A stretch of 64,000 nt of DNA from the human T2T-CHM13v2.0 reference genome, Homo sapiens, in NCBI RefSeq assembly GCF_009914755.1, contig NC_060928.1; one strand, 5' to 3'. Each line of letters starts with the position of its first letter. The stretch's first letter is position 1. This document shows, in pieces, positions 41,510-53,980 of this stretch. Made by a program: the position numbers and the translations under genes. The notes below the pieces were generated by a model. It saw nothing but the letters and a program-made list of their open reading frames with translations. It did not search any database and was not told the DNA's origin.

Positions 41510-41750
41510 GAAATATGCTAAGATGCCTGCAGAAACCAGGTGAATAACAGTTCCATGAAGTCTGCCAGGAGTAGTGAGGATTGTGGCAAATGAACAAGCT
41601 CTTGCCTGGACTAAAAGAATACCTGCTGTTCCACAACTGATCGTTGTCATTTCACATCAGGAAGCAGGCCCCATGTTGCCCAAGTGTTCTCAGTTTTCGA
41701 AAGAAGATTGAAAAATGGATTTTTATGTGAAATGTCTCCATGTTTAAAAC
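41510..41750 (+). mobile_element. MER103-like hAT DNA transposon relic
   Basis: TGTTGCC...TTTTCGAAAGAAG...GGATTTTTATGTGAAAT motif. Confidence 0.6.
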
Positions 41751-43289
41751 CCTATCTGGCTACCTTAAAACCTGAAGACTGTTGGTTGATAAATTTCTAG
41801 TCTAAAGCAATACAGAAGAAAACTTCTCCATCTTCTACAAGAAAGTCCAGGATTTAAAAATATTTAGGATATTGCCCTAATTCTTTATTCTTAATCTAAA
41901 TGTCCTTGGCTATTTTCAGCATTATTTTTATCATGCCATGATTATGTTATAAAATCAAATAAGCAGTTGACTTTAAAGTATCTACTGGATTAACCCAAAT
42001 GTTCAGGTTATAGCTGAGTTAAAAACAAACAAACAAAAAACACAAAACCAAAAGCTATAGGAATGATTTTAAGTCAAACAACACTGTGGTAAAATCTTTT
42101 CTTCTGGTGTTTCATCTTGTGGCATCTTGTCCAGACCACATTTCAATCCTACCATTTTATGTACCATTAAGATCACTAGTTTCAAAAACTTCACACAGCA
42201 CATCATGTACTTGAAGGAATGACCCTCAGTGAACCACATGTGACATGACAAGTTTTAGTGTAGCAAAATTCAGACCACTGTTTTAACACAAATATTGTGG
42301 CTCACCTATGTATTCAGAGCAGCATCCCTGTATGACCCCAAAATTAAACTTACACTGTATTTATTGTAAGACATAAAATAGTCTGCTGCAATACAAATCT
42401 TTTTCTTATTTCAGTTCTACCTCATGTAACTTTTTCAGAACATTATTTTTGTGTATGAATTAATAACATGATTTAAATTGGGGAAGACAATAATTAATAG
42501 AAAATAACTATCACAAAGTAAAATATTTGGAATTATAAAACTTTCAAAAATGTTTTCAACAATAAACCATACATTTATAGCTTTTTCTAAAGCATGATAT
42601 GCAATCATTTCTTAAAATTTTTATATATTGTCATGGAACCAAATTACTTTATGACTGCATTATATTGATTTGTTTCTGTTCCTACTTTTGTCATATATAC
42701 TGCTGATTCTTTTTTTGTGATGCTGATTCTAATTTTTCTTGGTATCTCAGAGCCACGATCTGGTCTTGACCCTCTTATCATATCTTGTAAAAGAGCCTCC
42801 CTTCTTTAAGTTAATCATCTTCTTGTCTTCCTAACCTTCAAAATGGGAATTATACTTCTCAGCTATAATTAGAATTATGATATGTTTGTAAGCTTTGTCA
42901 TTCAAAGGTGTGTTCTTAAGAATAGAACTCATTATTATACTATTAAAATTTATCAATAAATCTGCCCATTCACTGAGCTGTCTTCTTTATGGTACTGCTC
43001 AAAGGATCCTCCTAGTTACATCACAGGATTGAGCTCTCTCATATTAGAGCAACTGGGAACAGTACACTTCTTAAGATGGTTCAGTAAGGCCTGGGCATCC
43101 CTTGCATTTTCAGGACATATGCTCAGCTTTTCTCACTCTTAAATGTAGGGAGTTCTATGTGTCAATGGAGTTTCATTAGAATTTTATAAACTCAGTATTA
43201 AAAATGACATTTTTGTAGGTCAGAAAGTGATTGAATATCAGCAATTTCATATGGTTTAACACATTAATTCAATATATAATATTAGGTTT

Positions 43290-46085
43290 CCGTTCTTTAT
43301 AGATGCTGGATATTAGACCTTTGTCACATGCACAGTTTACAAATATTTTCTCCCATTCTATAGGTTGTCTGTTTACTCTGTTGATAGTTTCTTTTGATGT
43401 GCAGAAGTTCTTAAGTCAAATTAGATCCCACTTGTCAGTTTTTCCTTTTGTTGCAATTGCTTTGTCACAAAATCTTTGCCCACTCCCATGTCCAGGATAG
43501 TACTGCCTAGGTTGTCTTCTGGGGTTTTTATACTTTGGGGTTTTATATTTAAGTCCTTAATCCATCTTGAGTTGATTTTTGTATGTGGTACAAGGTAGGG
43601 GTCCAGCTTCAGTCTTTTGCATATGGCTAGCTAGTTATCCCAACACAATTTATTGTATAAGGATTCTTTTCCCCATTGCTTGCTTTTGTCAGCTTTGTCA
43701 AAGATCAGGTGGTCATAGGTGTGCAGTCTTATTTCTGGGCTCTCTATTCCATCTCATTGGTCTATGTGTCTGTTTTTGTACCAGTACCATGATGTTTTGG
43801 TTACTGTAGCCCTGTAGTGTAGTTTGAAGTTGGGTAGTGTAATGCCTCTGGCTTTGTTCTTTTTGCTTAGGATTGTCTTGGCTATTTGGGCTCTTATTAA
43901 TTCCGTATGAATTTTAAAAGTTTTTTCTAGTTCCATGAAGAAAGTCATTGGTAGTTTTGGGTCAGCCACTGCAAAGACACTGGGTGCAACAGAGGAGGTA
44001 TGGCCAGGGCTGTGTGCTTGACAGAGCCAAGGATGGTGGGAACAGATGAGGGCCCACCTCCTATTGAGTTGGTGGGGCAAGAGCCCCACACTCCCAGGCA
44101 CAGCTATATCCATCCAGCCACAGCTCTGGATCTGGGCATCCCTGTGCTCTCGGAAACCCAGGAGTCCCCCCCTTCCCCCTACAGGCTCAGAATTGCCCAC
44201 TTCCACTCCCTGGCCTCTCCCTGCTCCCAGTGCCCACTCTGATTTCAAAGCAAAGTTGAAGCCGAGCCCAGGTACTGTTGTGACCTGGTCAAGTGTGAAC
44301 ATATTCAAAGTGGCACTGACATGCCAGCTCCCCTGCCACCTTGGCCCCCTCTGAAACTTTGGACACTGAGCCCTCAGGAAGGGAGGCTAGGGAGGTAGCT
44401 GAGGGTAGCTCAGCACAGGCCTGCAGATGCCCCTAGGCATGAACAGCCTGGGCACCGTGGATCGCATGTTGATGACAGCAGGAGGCAGACAGACTCTTAA
44501 GCAGAAAGGGACAGGTTCCCGGTGAAAACCCACCTTCAAGTCAGGGACCACCTGAAGCCTGCCAGCTGGGCCACCAGTTCCAGGTGGAGTTCATGGCCCA
44601 GAGTGAGAATTTAGGGTGCTTTTTCTGCGCCCACCCATGGCCATCCATGGCTGCCCATGGACCAATCAGAACATACTTTCTCCCTTCTGAGTCCATAAAA
44701 TCTTGGACTCAGCCAGACTCAAACAGACATCAGGACTACCACCTATGGAAAGGAGCCACCCACGTTGGGTCTCCTCATTTCTTCAGGACAACCTGCTTTT
44801 GAAAAAGAGCTACCCACAATGGGTCTCCTCTCCTACCCTCTATGGGTCTCCTCTCCACTGAGATCTGGACACTCATCGGGACAACCCGCCAGAAAGAAGC
44901 TATTCACTATGGGTCTTCTCTTCACTGAGAGCTGGACACTCATCAGGATGACCTGCCTGCAGAAAGGATCTACCCACTTTGGGTCTCCTGAGAGCTGTTC
45001 TGTTGCTCAGTGAAGCTCTTCTTGTTCAGTGAAGCTCCGGTTGTCCGTGTACCTCATTCTTCCCAGACACAGGAGAAAAATTTGGGACCTGCCAAATGAC
45101 AGGACTAAAGATGTGCTGCTGGATTCTGTTTGCAAGTATTTTGTTGATGACTTTTGCATTGATGTTCATCAAGGATATTGGCCTGAAGTTTTCTTTTTCT
45201 GTTGTGTCTCTGCCAGGTTTTGGTATCAGGAGTATGCTGGCCTCATAGAATGAGTTGGGGAGGAGTTCCTCCTTCTCAATTTTTTGTAATAGTTTCTGTA
45301 AAAATGGTACCAGCTCTTCTTTGTACATCTGGTAGAATTCGGCTGTGAATCCAACAACCCATTAAAAAGTCAGTAAAGGACATGAACAGACACTTTTCAA
45401 AAGAAGACATACAGGTAGTCAACAAGCATATGAAAAAAAGCTCAGTATCACTGATTATTAGAGAAGTGCAAATCAAAACTCCAATGTGATACTATTTCAC
45501 ACCGGTGGGAATAGCTATTATTAAAAAGTCAAAAAATAACAGCTGCTGGTGAGGTTGCAGAGAAAAGGGAACACTTATACACTTGATGGGAGTATAAATT
45601 AGTTCAACCATTGTGGAAAACAGTATAGCAATTCCTCAAAGAACTAAAAGCAGAACTACCATTTGACCCAGTAATCCCATTACCGGGTATGTATCCAGAT
45701 GAATATAAATCATTCTACCATAAAGACACATGCACGCAAATGTTCACTGCAGCAAACCACTCACAATAGCAAAGACATGGGATCAACCTAAATGCTCATC
45801 AATGACATATTGGATAAAGGAAATGTGATACATATACACCATGGAATACTATGCAGCCATAAAAAAGAGCAAGATTATGTCTTTTGCAGGAAGATAGATG
45901 GTGCTGGAAGATGTAATCCTTAGCAAACCAAGGAACAGAAAAGCAAATACTACATGTTCTCACTTATAAATGTGAGCTAAGTGATAAGAACTTATGAACA
46001 CAAAGAAGGAAACAACAGATGATGGGGATGAATTGAGAGTAGAGGGTGGGAGGAGGGAGGTGAGCAGAAAAAAAAAGGAAAAATA
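43290..46085 (+). mobile_element. 5'-inverted L1 (L1PA13-16-type 3' end), interrupted by an LTR
   Basis: Antisense ORF2 at 43290-43957 and 45110-45352, then sense ORF2 end/3'UTR at 45353-46085. Candidate TSD ATAATATTA at 43276-43284 and 46086-46094. Confidence 0.88.
43958..45111 (+). mobile_element. MER52-family ERV1 LTR, 3'-truncated
   Basis: GC-rich U3, tandem GGACAACCTGC...GAGCTACCCAC...GGGTCTCCT units, and GTCCGTGTACCTCATTCTTCC. Confidence 0.8.
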
Positions 46086-46725
46086 ATAATATTAATTTTG
46101 AGAATAAAAGAAGGATGAGATTACAAATCAGGACTGGTGTATTATTAGCAGAATGAAATTTCTGAAACTTGATTATCTATTTCTACACTTTTCACTAAAT
46201 TATTTCCTATATAAGACATAAAATTAGAGAATTAGGTGTGATAATATTGTGTTATTTTCTATTAATGGAAAATGAAATTGTTCACATATTGAAAGATTAT
46301 AAACAAACCTCAAAATATTATTACAGACCTGACAACAAAGAGAGAGAGAAAGATGGAGGAAACAAGGGAGAGAAGTAAGGGTGGGAGGGAAGAAAGGGAG
46401 GATAGAAAAGAAATTATAGTTTCATAAACAAGATGTGAATACAAAATAGTTCTAATATATGTGAATTAAGTTTAAATGTAACAAAAACATGGGCAATTTA
46501 ACACATTTTTTAAATGTCATAAATGTTTTTATTGAGTGTGATACAAATAAATCTATAACTAAGAAATGTATACATTTAAAGTTGACTACATCTTTGCAGT
46601 TTTGACATTGTTTCTTGAATAGAGGTAGTGTGTATCACCACTGAAAGATAAGATCTTATCTTTCACTATCTTTCATAGTGATTGGGAAAACCAATCACTG
46701 TGAGTCATAGCTAATGTTCATATAT

Positions 46726-47148
46726 TGTATTGTTCAGAGTTCTTCAGAGAAACAGAATCAATAAGGTGTATAGAAAGAAAAAAAGAAAGAGAGAGAGACA
46801 GAGAGCTAGAGAGACTCATTTTAAAGAAATGGCTCAAGCTTAAAATCTGCAAGACGTGAACAGACTGCAGATCCAGGGAAGAGTTGACGTTGCAGTCTTG
46901 ATCATGAAGACAGTCTGAAGGCAGAATTTCTTCTTCTCGAGGAATCTCAGTCTTTCTTCTCCTAAGGCCTTCAACTGATAAGATGAGGCCATTCCATATT
47001 GTGGAGAGTAATCTGCTTTATTCAAAGTCTGCTGATTTAAATAGTAATCACAGCAACAACATTCCTTTACAATAACGTCTAGCCTAGTGTTTCACCAAAC
47101 AATAGGTACCGTAGCTTAGCTAAGTTGACATATAAAATTAACCTCACA
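46726..47148 (-). mobile_element. MLT2 (ERVL) LTR
   Basis: TGTATT...TTCTTCAGAGAAACAGAATC start and AAGTTGACATATAAAATTAACCTCACA end. Confidence 0.85.
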
Positions 47149-48456
47149 CACATTATACTTGAAAGAAGACCTAGGCTTACGTTGTTCCTCTTCAAAATTG
47201 GCTCACCATTTATGATTAGTTATAAACACCTAGCAACAACTTCTGTAATTGTTGGCAATGTGGCACCTAAATAACTAAATGAAAAATATAGTTCCAAGCT
47301 GATACCAGCATTTGTAATGGAGCTTACTCTTTCCTTCCTGTACAAGTTTGGCATCAAGTAACAGCCAGTATTTGTGGCCTCCACAAATTTAAGACCTGTA
47401 GTAAGGAAGATTTTAATACTCCCCCAATTCCTGTTCTTTGTAGGTTATATTAACCCTCCAAGAGTGGAGAAATTTGTTTCCTCTTCTCCTCCAAACGTTA
47501 AATGTATGTATTAAAAATTTTCCTCCATCATAAAGTCATTCTAGTTTAAGCATCTTGATTCAGGTGCTTCAGTGACTATTAGCAACTTACTGTCTTTGAA
47601 TTGCCCACCCGACTGTGCTTTGTGCACTTAGCTCATCATCACAATGTGTACTTATGTATATCTTTTAATTTTCTGTTTACTTGTATTTCTAAGCATTTTA
47701 ACCCTGGGTATGAGTTTTACTCTTTAAAGTTATGTATTATGCCTTCTACATTCTTTTTGAACTCCCATATTTCCTAAAGAATATTTAAAATTATAATTTT
47801 TTATCTTTAAAACAATATGAGGCAGAATATTATTTATGAAATTACAGGTGAATTCTAGGATAATCCTAGAACTATTCTAATACAGTATTTAATAACTGCT
47901 TTTTAAAATGGTGGCTGAGACAAGTTATGAAAAAAAGTCCCAACAATTCCAGTGGTACATTGTACTTCATTGCTTTCATATGTTAACTAGATGAGCACTT
48001 TTGCCTTCTTTAAAATGAAAATGAGTAATTAGGATTTAAACCCTTAAATTAAAAATGGATTTGAATGTTCACAATTGCTTATCAACCTGGAGATGTCTCA
48101 ACTACTTCCATAACCACATAAAAACTGGAAAAATAACCCCTGAAACATGAATCATCTAACTAAATTGTGTTTGGTATATCTTAGTATAAAGCTACCCAAA
48201 GATAACCTTCATTTTATTTTATTTTGATTATGGAAAAATCCTTTATGTTTTACATGTCAAGAAAATGGTATGCAAAACAGTGTTTTAGTTTTGGTGCTCA
48301 CCATAAATTATCCCCAGAATGAGAAGCAACAAGTCAGCATTTAAGTTCTAACACAAAGACATAAAGGTCTAACGCCATCAAAGAACACCTGCAAAAATTC
48401 TAAGAGGTAGATGCCTTTTCTTTTTTGATAACCTTCATTTTAAATGTTATCTGCAG

Positions 48457-48787
48457 CCCATCTGGTCTCTAACATATGGAATACCCAAGACCTCAATGGA
48501 ATGTCTCCTTCCCTATGGCAAGTAGGACCATATGCAAAATCCTCCACTGACAGGCTAAGAAATATAAAAAGAAAAAAAACTTTTTGGTGCCTTTCCATCG
48601 GCAAACAAAACATCGTAAAAAAAGAAAAGACACTGCAAAAGTTATTACAGCTTTCAGATTTAAACAATAAAAAAATCCTAACCACTGAGCATACAATGTG
48701 AATTATTACAGCCTATGACTAATCACCACAGAATAATTCCACTGGTGCCTGATGGGGGAATATCCTTAATTACAGAAGATATATGTT
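48457..48787 (+). pseudogene. Candidate fossil exon
   Basis: tgttatctgcag| and T|gtaagc. An 80-codon open frame shifts near an A-run into PLSIQCELLQPMTNHHRIIPLVPDGGISLITEDIC (phase 1). Confidence 0.55.
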
Positions 48788-49141
48788 GTAAGCTTATCAG
48801 CACTTTAAACCACTAAATTTGATTAACGTCAGCAATGTTAGCATATGAAGGATTGTTCTGCAAGATGAAAAGAAGTTTGTCCTTTGTTTATTTGGTGGTT
48901 TATAGTAGATTGTGAAATAAAGTTAAAGGAAGCAAAGCATAAAATACACGGCATGAGACCTAGACCTTTGCTATGCAGAAGATACGCATGCATTGTGCTG
49001 GTGGCAAAGAGTAATCATGGATGTGCGGATCATCTAAAGAACTTCCAAAGCAGCAGAATGAATGTTTTCTACCCATCACCACTCACCCACTGTGGTCAAA
49101 ACCAGAAGCTATTGAAAAGGTGCATAGAAGAGAAAGTATAC

Positions 49142-49555
49142 TCATATGGTTTGGATCTGTGTCCCCGCCCAAATCTCATGTTCAATTATAATCCCCAATG
49201 TTGGAGGTGGGGTCTGGTGGAAGGTCATTTGATCATGGGGGGTGGATCCTTCTTGAATGGTTTAGCATCAGCTCCTTGGTGCTACTCTCATGATATAGTT
49301 TTCATGAGATCTGGTTATTTAAAAGGGTGTAGCCCCTCCCCACTCTCTCTCTCTTGCTCCTATTGCAGCCATGGATATGTGTGCTCCCCTTTCACCTTCC
49401 ACCATAATTGTATGTTTCCTGAGGCCTCCCCAGAAGCAGAAGCCACTATGCTTCCTGTGCAGCCTGCAGAACCGTGAGCCAATTAAACCGTTTTTCTTTA
49501 TAAATTGCCCAGTCTCAGGTATGTCTTTACAGCAGCACAAGAACGAACTAAAACC
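49142..49555 (+). mobile_element. MST (MSTA/B) MaLR LTR
   Basis: TATGGTTTGGATCTGTGTCCCC...TTTCCTGAGGCCTCCCCAGAAGCAGAAGCC...AAATTGCCCAGTCTCAGGTAT. Confidence 0.93.
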
Positions 49556-50840
49556 CAATGGAGGAGAGCAAGAGACAGTGCCATTCCCAAGAAGTTGTCA
49601 CATAAAGGAAATGGCAGATGGCTTTCTAGTACTGGTTCTGCCTCTTACCACCTTTGTGATTTTTGAGCAAATCATTTTAATTCTCCTGTCCTCAATTTCT
49701 TCATATCTAAAATTAAGGAACTGGAATTAATGATACCTCAAAGAATCTGTGAGTCTCTAGCATCCCACAGAAGCTGAGAATGAAGAGGAAATCTTAACAC
49801 AGTGTTGGCAATTTTGCGGGAGCTGAGATAACATCACCTGGCTGACATCACATGGACCAGCACCAATTCTCAGGTAACTTGGAGACAAAGCTAGATACCA
49901 GATAGAAGAGAGAGTTAACATGTTATTTAGGAATTAGGCTGCCTCTAAAAAGAGCTTCTGGTAGGAATTAGATTGTATAATTAATTTGTGGCTGAATTAA
50001 GTTGCTATTCTAAGTTACTGATTAAAAAAAAACTTCACATGCTTTATTTAGATTGTAAGCAGGGGCTTCTCAGAGGTCTAGAGGGGTTCAAACCATTTTT
50101 AATTTTTGAGGTTTCTCAAGTTTAAAAATAAATACCAAAACAAGGTTCAAAAACTCTGACATATTTTAAGTGCTCATGGTAGACAAAATAGCATCTTTAA
50201 CATTGAAAAACACAATGCAATATAATTGTGTTATTCACAAGATAATGATAAGTTTCTAGAGAAAAGTTTACTATCACCTTAGACAATGTTGTCTAGCAAA
50301 GGGCATAAGTATAAGACTGTCTGGTACACACCTTCTTTATTCATTTTCATTCAAATTATATGCATTTAAATGCACATCTTATTTAATGATAACAGCAAAA
50401 GCTGAAACCTGAGGTCCTCTTTGCATGCCCTTTGCTAGGCCCCTGTAACTTGAGGCTTTGTTCACATAGGCTATACAAGAACCTGTCCTCTGGTGCTCGT
50501 ACAGGTAGAACCAATTTAACTCTAACCTCCTATACGACCACTGCTCAGAAATGAATTCTTGGAGTAAAGTGAACAGTAGACAAGAACTTTGTTGTGATCT
50601 ACTGAAAGGGCTGATTTTTCTCCTAGAATATAAAGGCTTCTGCTATTAAACAACTACATAATCCAAAATGACCTGGGTAGTGCCCCTTAGGGAACTTACA
50701 AATTTAGGTGCAGCTTTATCTTTGATAACTTAATTTCAAAATGCACTCCAAAATAGTTCAATAAATTGCTCTTGTGGTTCAAAGACTTTAGAATAATCAC
50801 TTCACACATTTGTACATCTGCCATCCTTGTTTTTCTATAG

Positions 50841-50937
50841 CGGATGAAGAACTGTTCTTTCTGAGAGCAAGTAGTTTGTGATATTTGTTTGTAGTTGAAA
50901 ACAATTCAATGACATTGCAAATATAGAGAACCACCTT
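50841..50937 (+). pseudogene. Candidate fossil exon
   Basis: Strong acceptor ccttgtttttctatag| and consensus donor |gtaagt. Phase 1->2 frame DEELFFLRASSL*YLFVVENNSMTLQI*RTT. Confidence 0.6.
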
Positions 50938-51586
50938 GTAAGTTTTAACTGTAAAACAAACACCCCCATTTATCTAATAATTGTATCAAGTGATATAAAC
51001 TTCGGAGGAAAAAGAAGGGAAAAATACTGTTTCAAACTACTCAGGATTAAAATTTCACCTATCACAAGACTTGTCCACTTTCTAAAAAATACGGTTTTAA
51101 AGTAATGCTAATATCCACAATATTTCATAAATATAGTCAACTCGTATCTTACCCAAGTGTAGATATGAAAATTAGCTTGTAAGGTGAAACTTGATTATGG
51201 AGAAAATTACCCTTTGAAATTCCTTAGGTCAACTGTGAGAATCCATGGCTTTATGTATACAATTCTACATAATATTTTTAAAAATTAACATTTAAGATAG
51301 TGACGCTGAGCTTGCAAGAAACAAAAGTATGTATGCCAATGTGTGAACACTGAAACCGTTATGCCTTTAAGGAGAAATAGATGGAGGATTCTAAAAGCCT
51401 TTCATGCTTGCCTTCAGGGTTTACTCCATTATATTTAATATTAAGCTTCTCTAGTTGTAACACACATTAGTAGATTTGGTTGTTGTAAAAAATTCATAAG
51501 ACATCCTTTTTTTTTTCTTTCATTTTACAAAGTATGGAAGGCCCACTGTCTGATACCACCTAACCCATGGCCTGCTACATAGTAGT

Positions 51587-51956
51587 TGTATTAGTCCATT
51601 TTCACGCTGCTGATAAAGACATACCCGAGAGTGGGCAATTTACAAAAGAAAAAGGTTTAATTGGACTTAACAGTTCCACGTGGCTGAGGAAGCCTCATAA
51701 TCATGGTGGAAGGCAAACAGGAGCAAGTTACATCTTACGTGGATGGTGGCAGGCAAAGAGAGGTTGTGCAGGAAAACTCCACCTTATAAAGCCATCAAAT
51801 CTCGTGAGAATTATTCCCTATCATGAGAACAGCATGGGAAAGACCCGCCCCCATGATTCAATTATCTCCCACCGGGTCCCTTCCACAACATGTGGGAATT
51901 ATGGGAGTACAATTCAAAACGAGATTTGGGTGAGGACCCAGAACTAAACCATATCA
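51587..51956 (-). mobile_element. THE1 (THE1C/D-like) solo LTR
   Basis: TGTATTAGTCCATTTTCACGCTGCTGATAAAGACATACCCGAG...AAACCATATCA, with 5-bp TSD GTAGT/ATAGT. Confidence 0.93.
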
Positions 51957-51960
51957 ATAG

Positions 51961-52522
51961 TGTTATTAGAAATGGGGTCTTGATCCAGACCCCAGGAGAG
52001 AGTTCTTGGATCTCACACAGGAAGAAATTCAAGCCAAGTTGCAAAGTGCACTGAAAGAGACAGTTTATTGAAGCTGCTTTGTTACAGAGTAGGGCACCCT
52101 CAGAAAAGCAAAAGGAGGAATTTAACATCTTTAAGATTTTCTTAAATAGGGGTATTGTCTACGTAAAGGCTAAATTAAGCTGCTTGCCTTCAGGGTTTAC
52201 TCCCTTAAAGTAACAGGATGACAAAATTTATTATTCTATTGTCTTAAATAAAACTATCCCGACATTTTAGTGTATGAGTACATCAAAGCATAACTGTTGC
52301 TATCTTGAAAGCATATATTGTTATTGGTATTGGGACATCTGGATTCTCTGTTGTTGTGGGAGTGTGTCCTTTCTTGTAGGTATCTTTAGGCTGTTTCCTC
52401 AACTATAAACATCTTAGGACCATTGGTTGTGACTGGCAAGGGATGTGCCTTGTTAGTCTCAAGATGGAGCTGAACTTAAAATGATGTTACTGTGGCTCTT
52501 CTAGGCTCCTGCTTTCCTAACA
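51961..52522 (-). mobile_element. MER41-family (D/E-like) ERV1 solo LTR
   Basis: The minus strand starts TGTTAGGAAAGCAGGAGCCTAG...CTCCATCTTGAG and ends GGGTCTGGATCAAGACCCC...AACA. TSD (A/G)TAG. Confidence 0.78.
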
Positions 52523-52705
52523 GTAGGTACTCAGTAAATGCCAACTGTTCATTGAGAAGTTGCAGAGAACATGGTCCCAGTCCCTTGTCTTCACAAGCTG
52601 GAATGTCTCACCATTGCACTACTGAGCAGCTATCGCTCTTATGCCCACAGGTGCAATAGACAATGAGACTGACAAGAGATTGATGGGTGCTTTGAAGCAG
52701 ATGCA

Positions 52706-52850
52706 AATGCACCTGCAGCAAATGCAGAGCCCAGGCAGGTAGCGTAACTGAGGCAAGTGGCTCAGGTGGGGACTTATGTAAACTAAAGAGGCCACATCTG
52801 CCTAAGAGGAGCAAGTGCTGTGCACTGAGCTGCAGCAGAAGATTGTCTTG
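52706..52850 (+). mobile_element. MER103-like hAT relic (5' part)
   Basis: CCAGGCAGGTAGCGTAACTGAG...GGTGGGGACT matches the recalled MER103 5' consensus. Confidence 0.55.
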
Positions 52851-53160
52851 TGAAGAGCTGTTTCCTCTCTGTCCCGCTTCCACCCCAAAGAGCAAATCCT
52901 ACTTTTTACATAGAATGTCCCTATGTAGTTTTGTCTGAACTAAATAACAAAAACAATTGTCCCCAGCCTTGCTTCTCACAATCATAGTCACCACTGAGAC
53001 TTTATTGCAGGGTCCTAGGCAGAGCACACAGTCAAGAGTTGTTCTCGGAAACCTTTTATGTGGAGGCCAGGAGACTGAGAGAATGGTGGTACCAGATAGA
53101 CTCTCAAAAACCAGAGTGACAATTAATGCAGTAATAGGAAAACATGTTTATTATATGCAG

Positions 53161-53397
53161 AACCCAAGGAAGTCTATCAGTTTGTTTCCTGTGGGGAGAT
53201 TTTACTGATGTCTGAAAAGATTCAAAGCCAAGACACATCTACTAAAATGGAAACTGAACTGACAAGAACACCTACCTGGAGGATGAAATTACAAGAGCTG
53301 CTAATCTTGTGTTTCTGGGCACTGGCAAACCAGTGGCTGAGACTGATGGAACACTCTCTCTTTGTCTCATTATTTCTCACTGAAAAATTTTATGAAA
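53161..53397 (+). pseudogene. Candidate fossil exon (237 nt, symmetric)
   Basis: tttattatatgcag| and |gtatgt. The phase 1-1 frame is fully open. The phase 2-2 frame, which fits both neighbours, has 5 stops (4 TGA). Confidence 0.52.
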
Positions 53398-53730
53398 GTA
53401 TGTTAGGTACAAAAAGGAAGACGAATAAGAGTGTAGAAATGTTTCCCTTCTCCAAAAGCATCCGGACCCACATCTACTCTTGAAACTAGCAAAACCAAAA
53501 GGTGTTTGCTTTGTTATTGAGATGTTCTTGCAGCCCCCAAATTGACAAGCTATGTTTCACAACTTCCTTTTTACAGTATACAGTACTTACCGTACTTGTT
53601 GATATAGAGGAGACAGAAAATATCCTAAAGAAGAGCTCATGGTAACATCTAAAAAGGCCTCCCCTTCTTTTCTCTTCCTATTTTTATTAGTTTTTATACT
53701 TGCTCCTCACTCCAACTAGTCTTGTCTCAG

Positions 53731-53980
53731 CTTGCCAACTTTGCAGACTAGGAATGCTTTTGGAAAGCCTAATTTGGAATGTTTCCTTGACTCAGGTGGG
53801 GTATACAGAGTTTGGCCAGCTCTCATCCAGAGCAAGAGCTGCCCAAATGAACCCCAAGGAATGCCTCTCAGCACGCTATCTGCAGTGGCGCGCCCAGGAG
53901 AAACACTATCCCGAGTGCTAACCTTTGAGGCACAGCCTTTTATTCTCCCCAGTGGAACTTTTTCCACTGAATTGTTCCTT
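53731..53980 (+). pseudogene. Best-preserved candidate exon (stop-free)
   Basis: ctagtcttgtctcag| and consensus |gtgagt. 83 open codons: LPTLQTRNAFGKPNLECFLDSGGVYRVWPALIQSKSCPNEPQGMPLSTLSAVARPGETLSRVLTFEAQPFILPSGTFSTELFL. Confidence 0.68.

Noticed and set aside
43754-45013. 184-aa and other ORFs
   Set aside because: Chimeric read-through of the MER52 LTR and antisense L1.
48884-49477. 197-aa ORF, the longest non-L1 ORF
   Set aside because: It starts at TTG, more than half lies in the MST LTR, and it has no bounding splice sites or recognisable motif.
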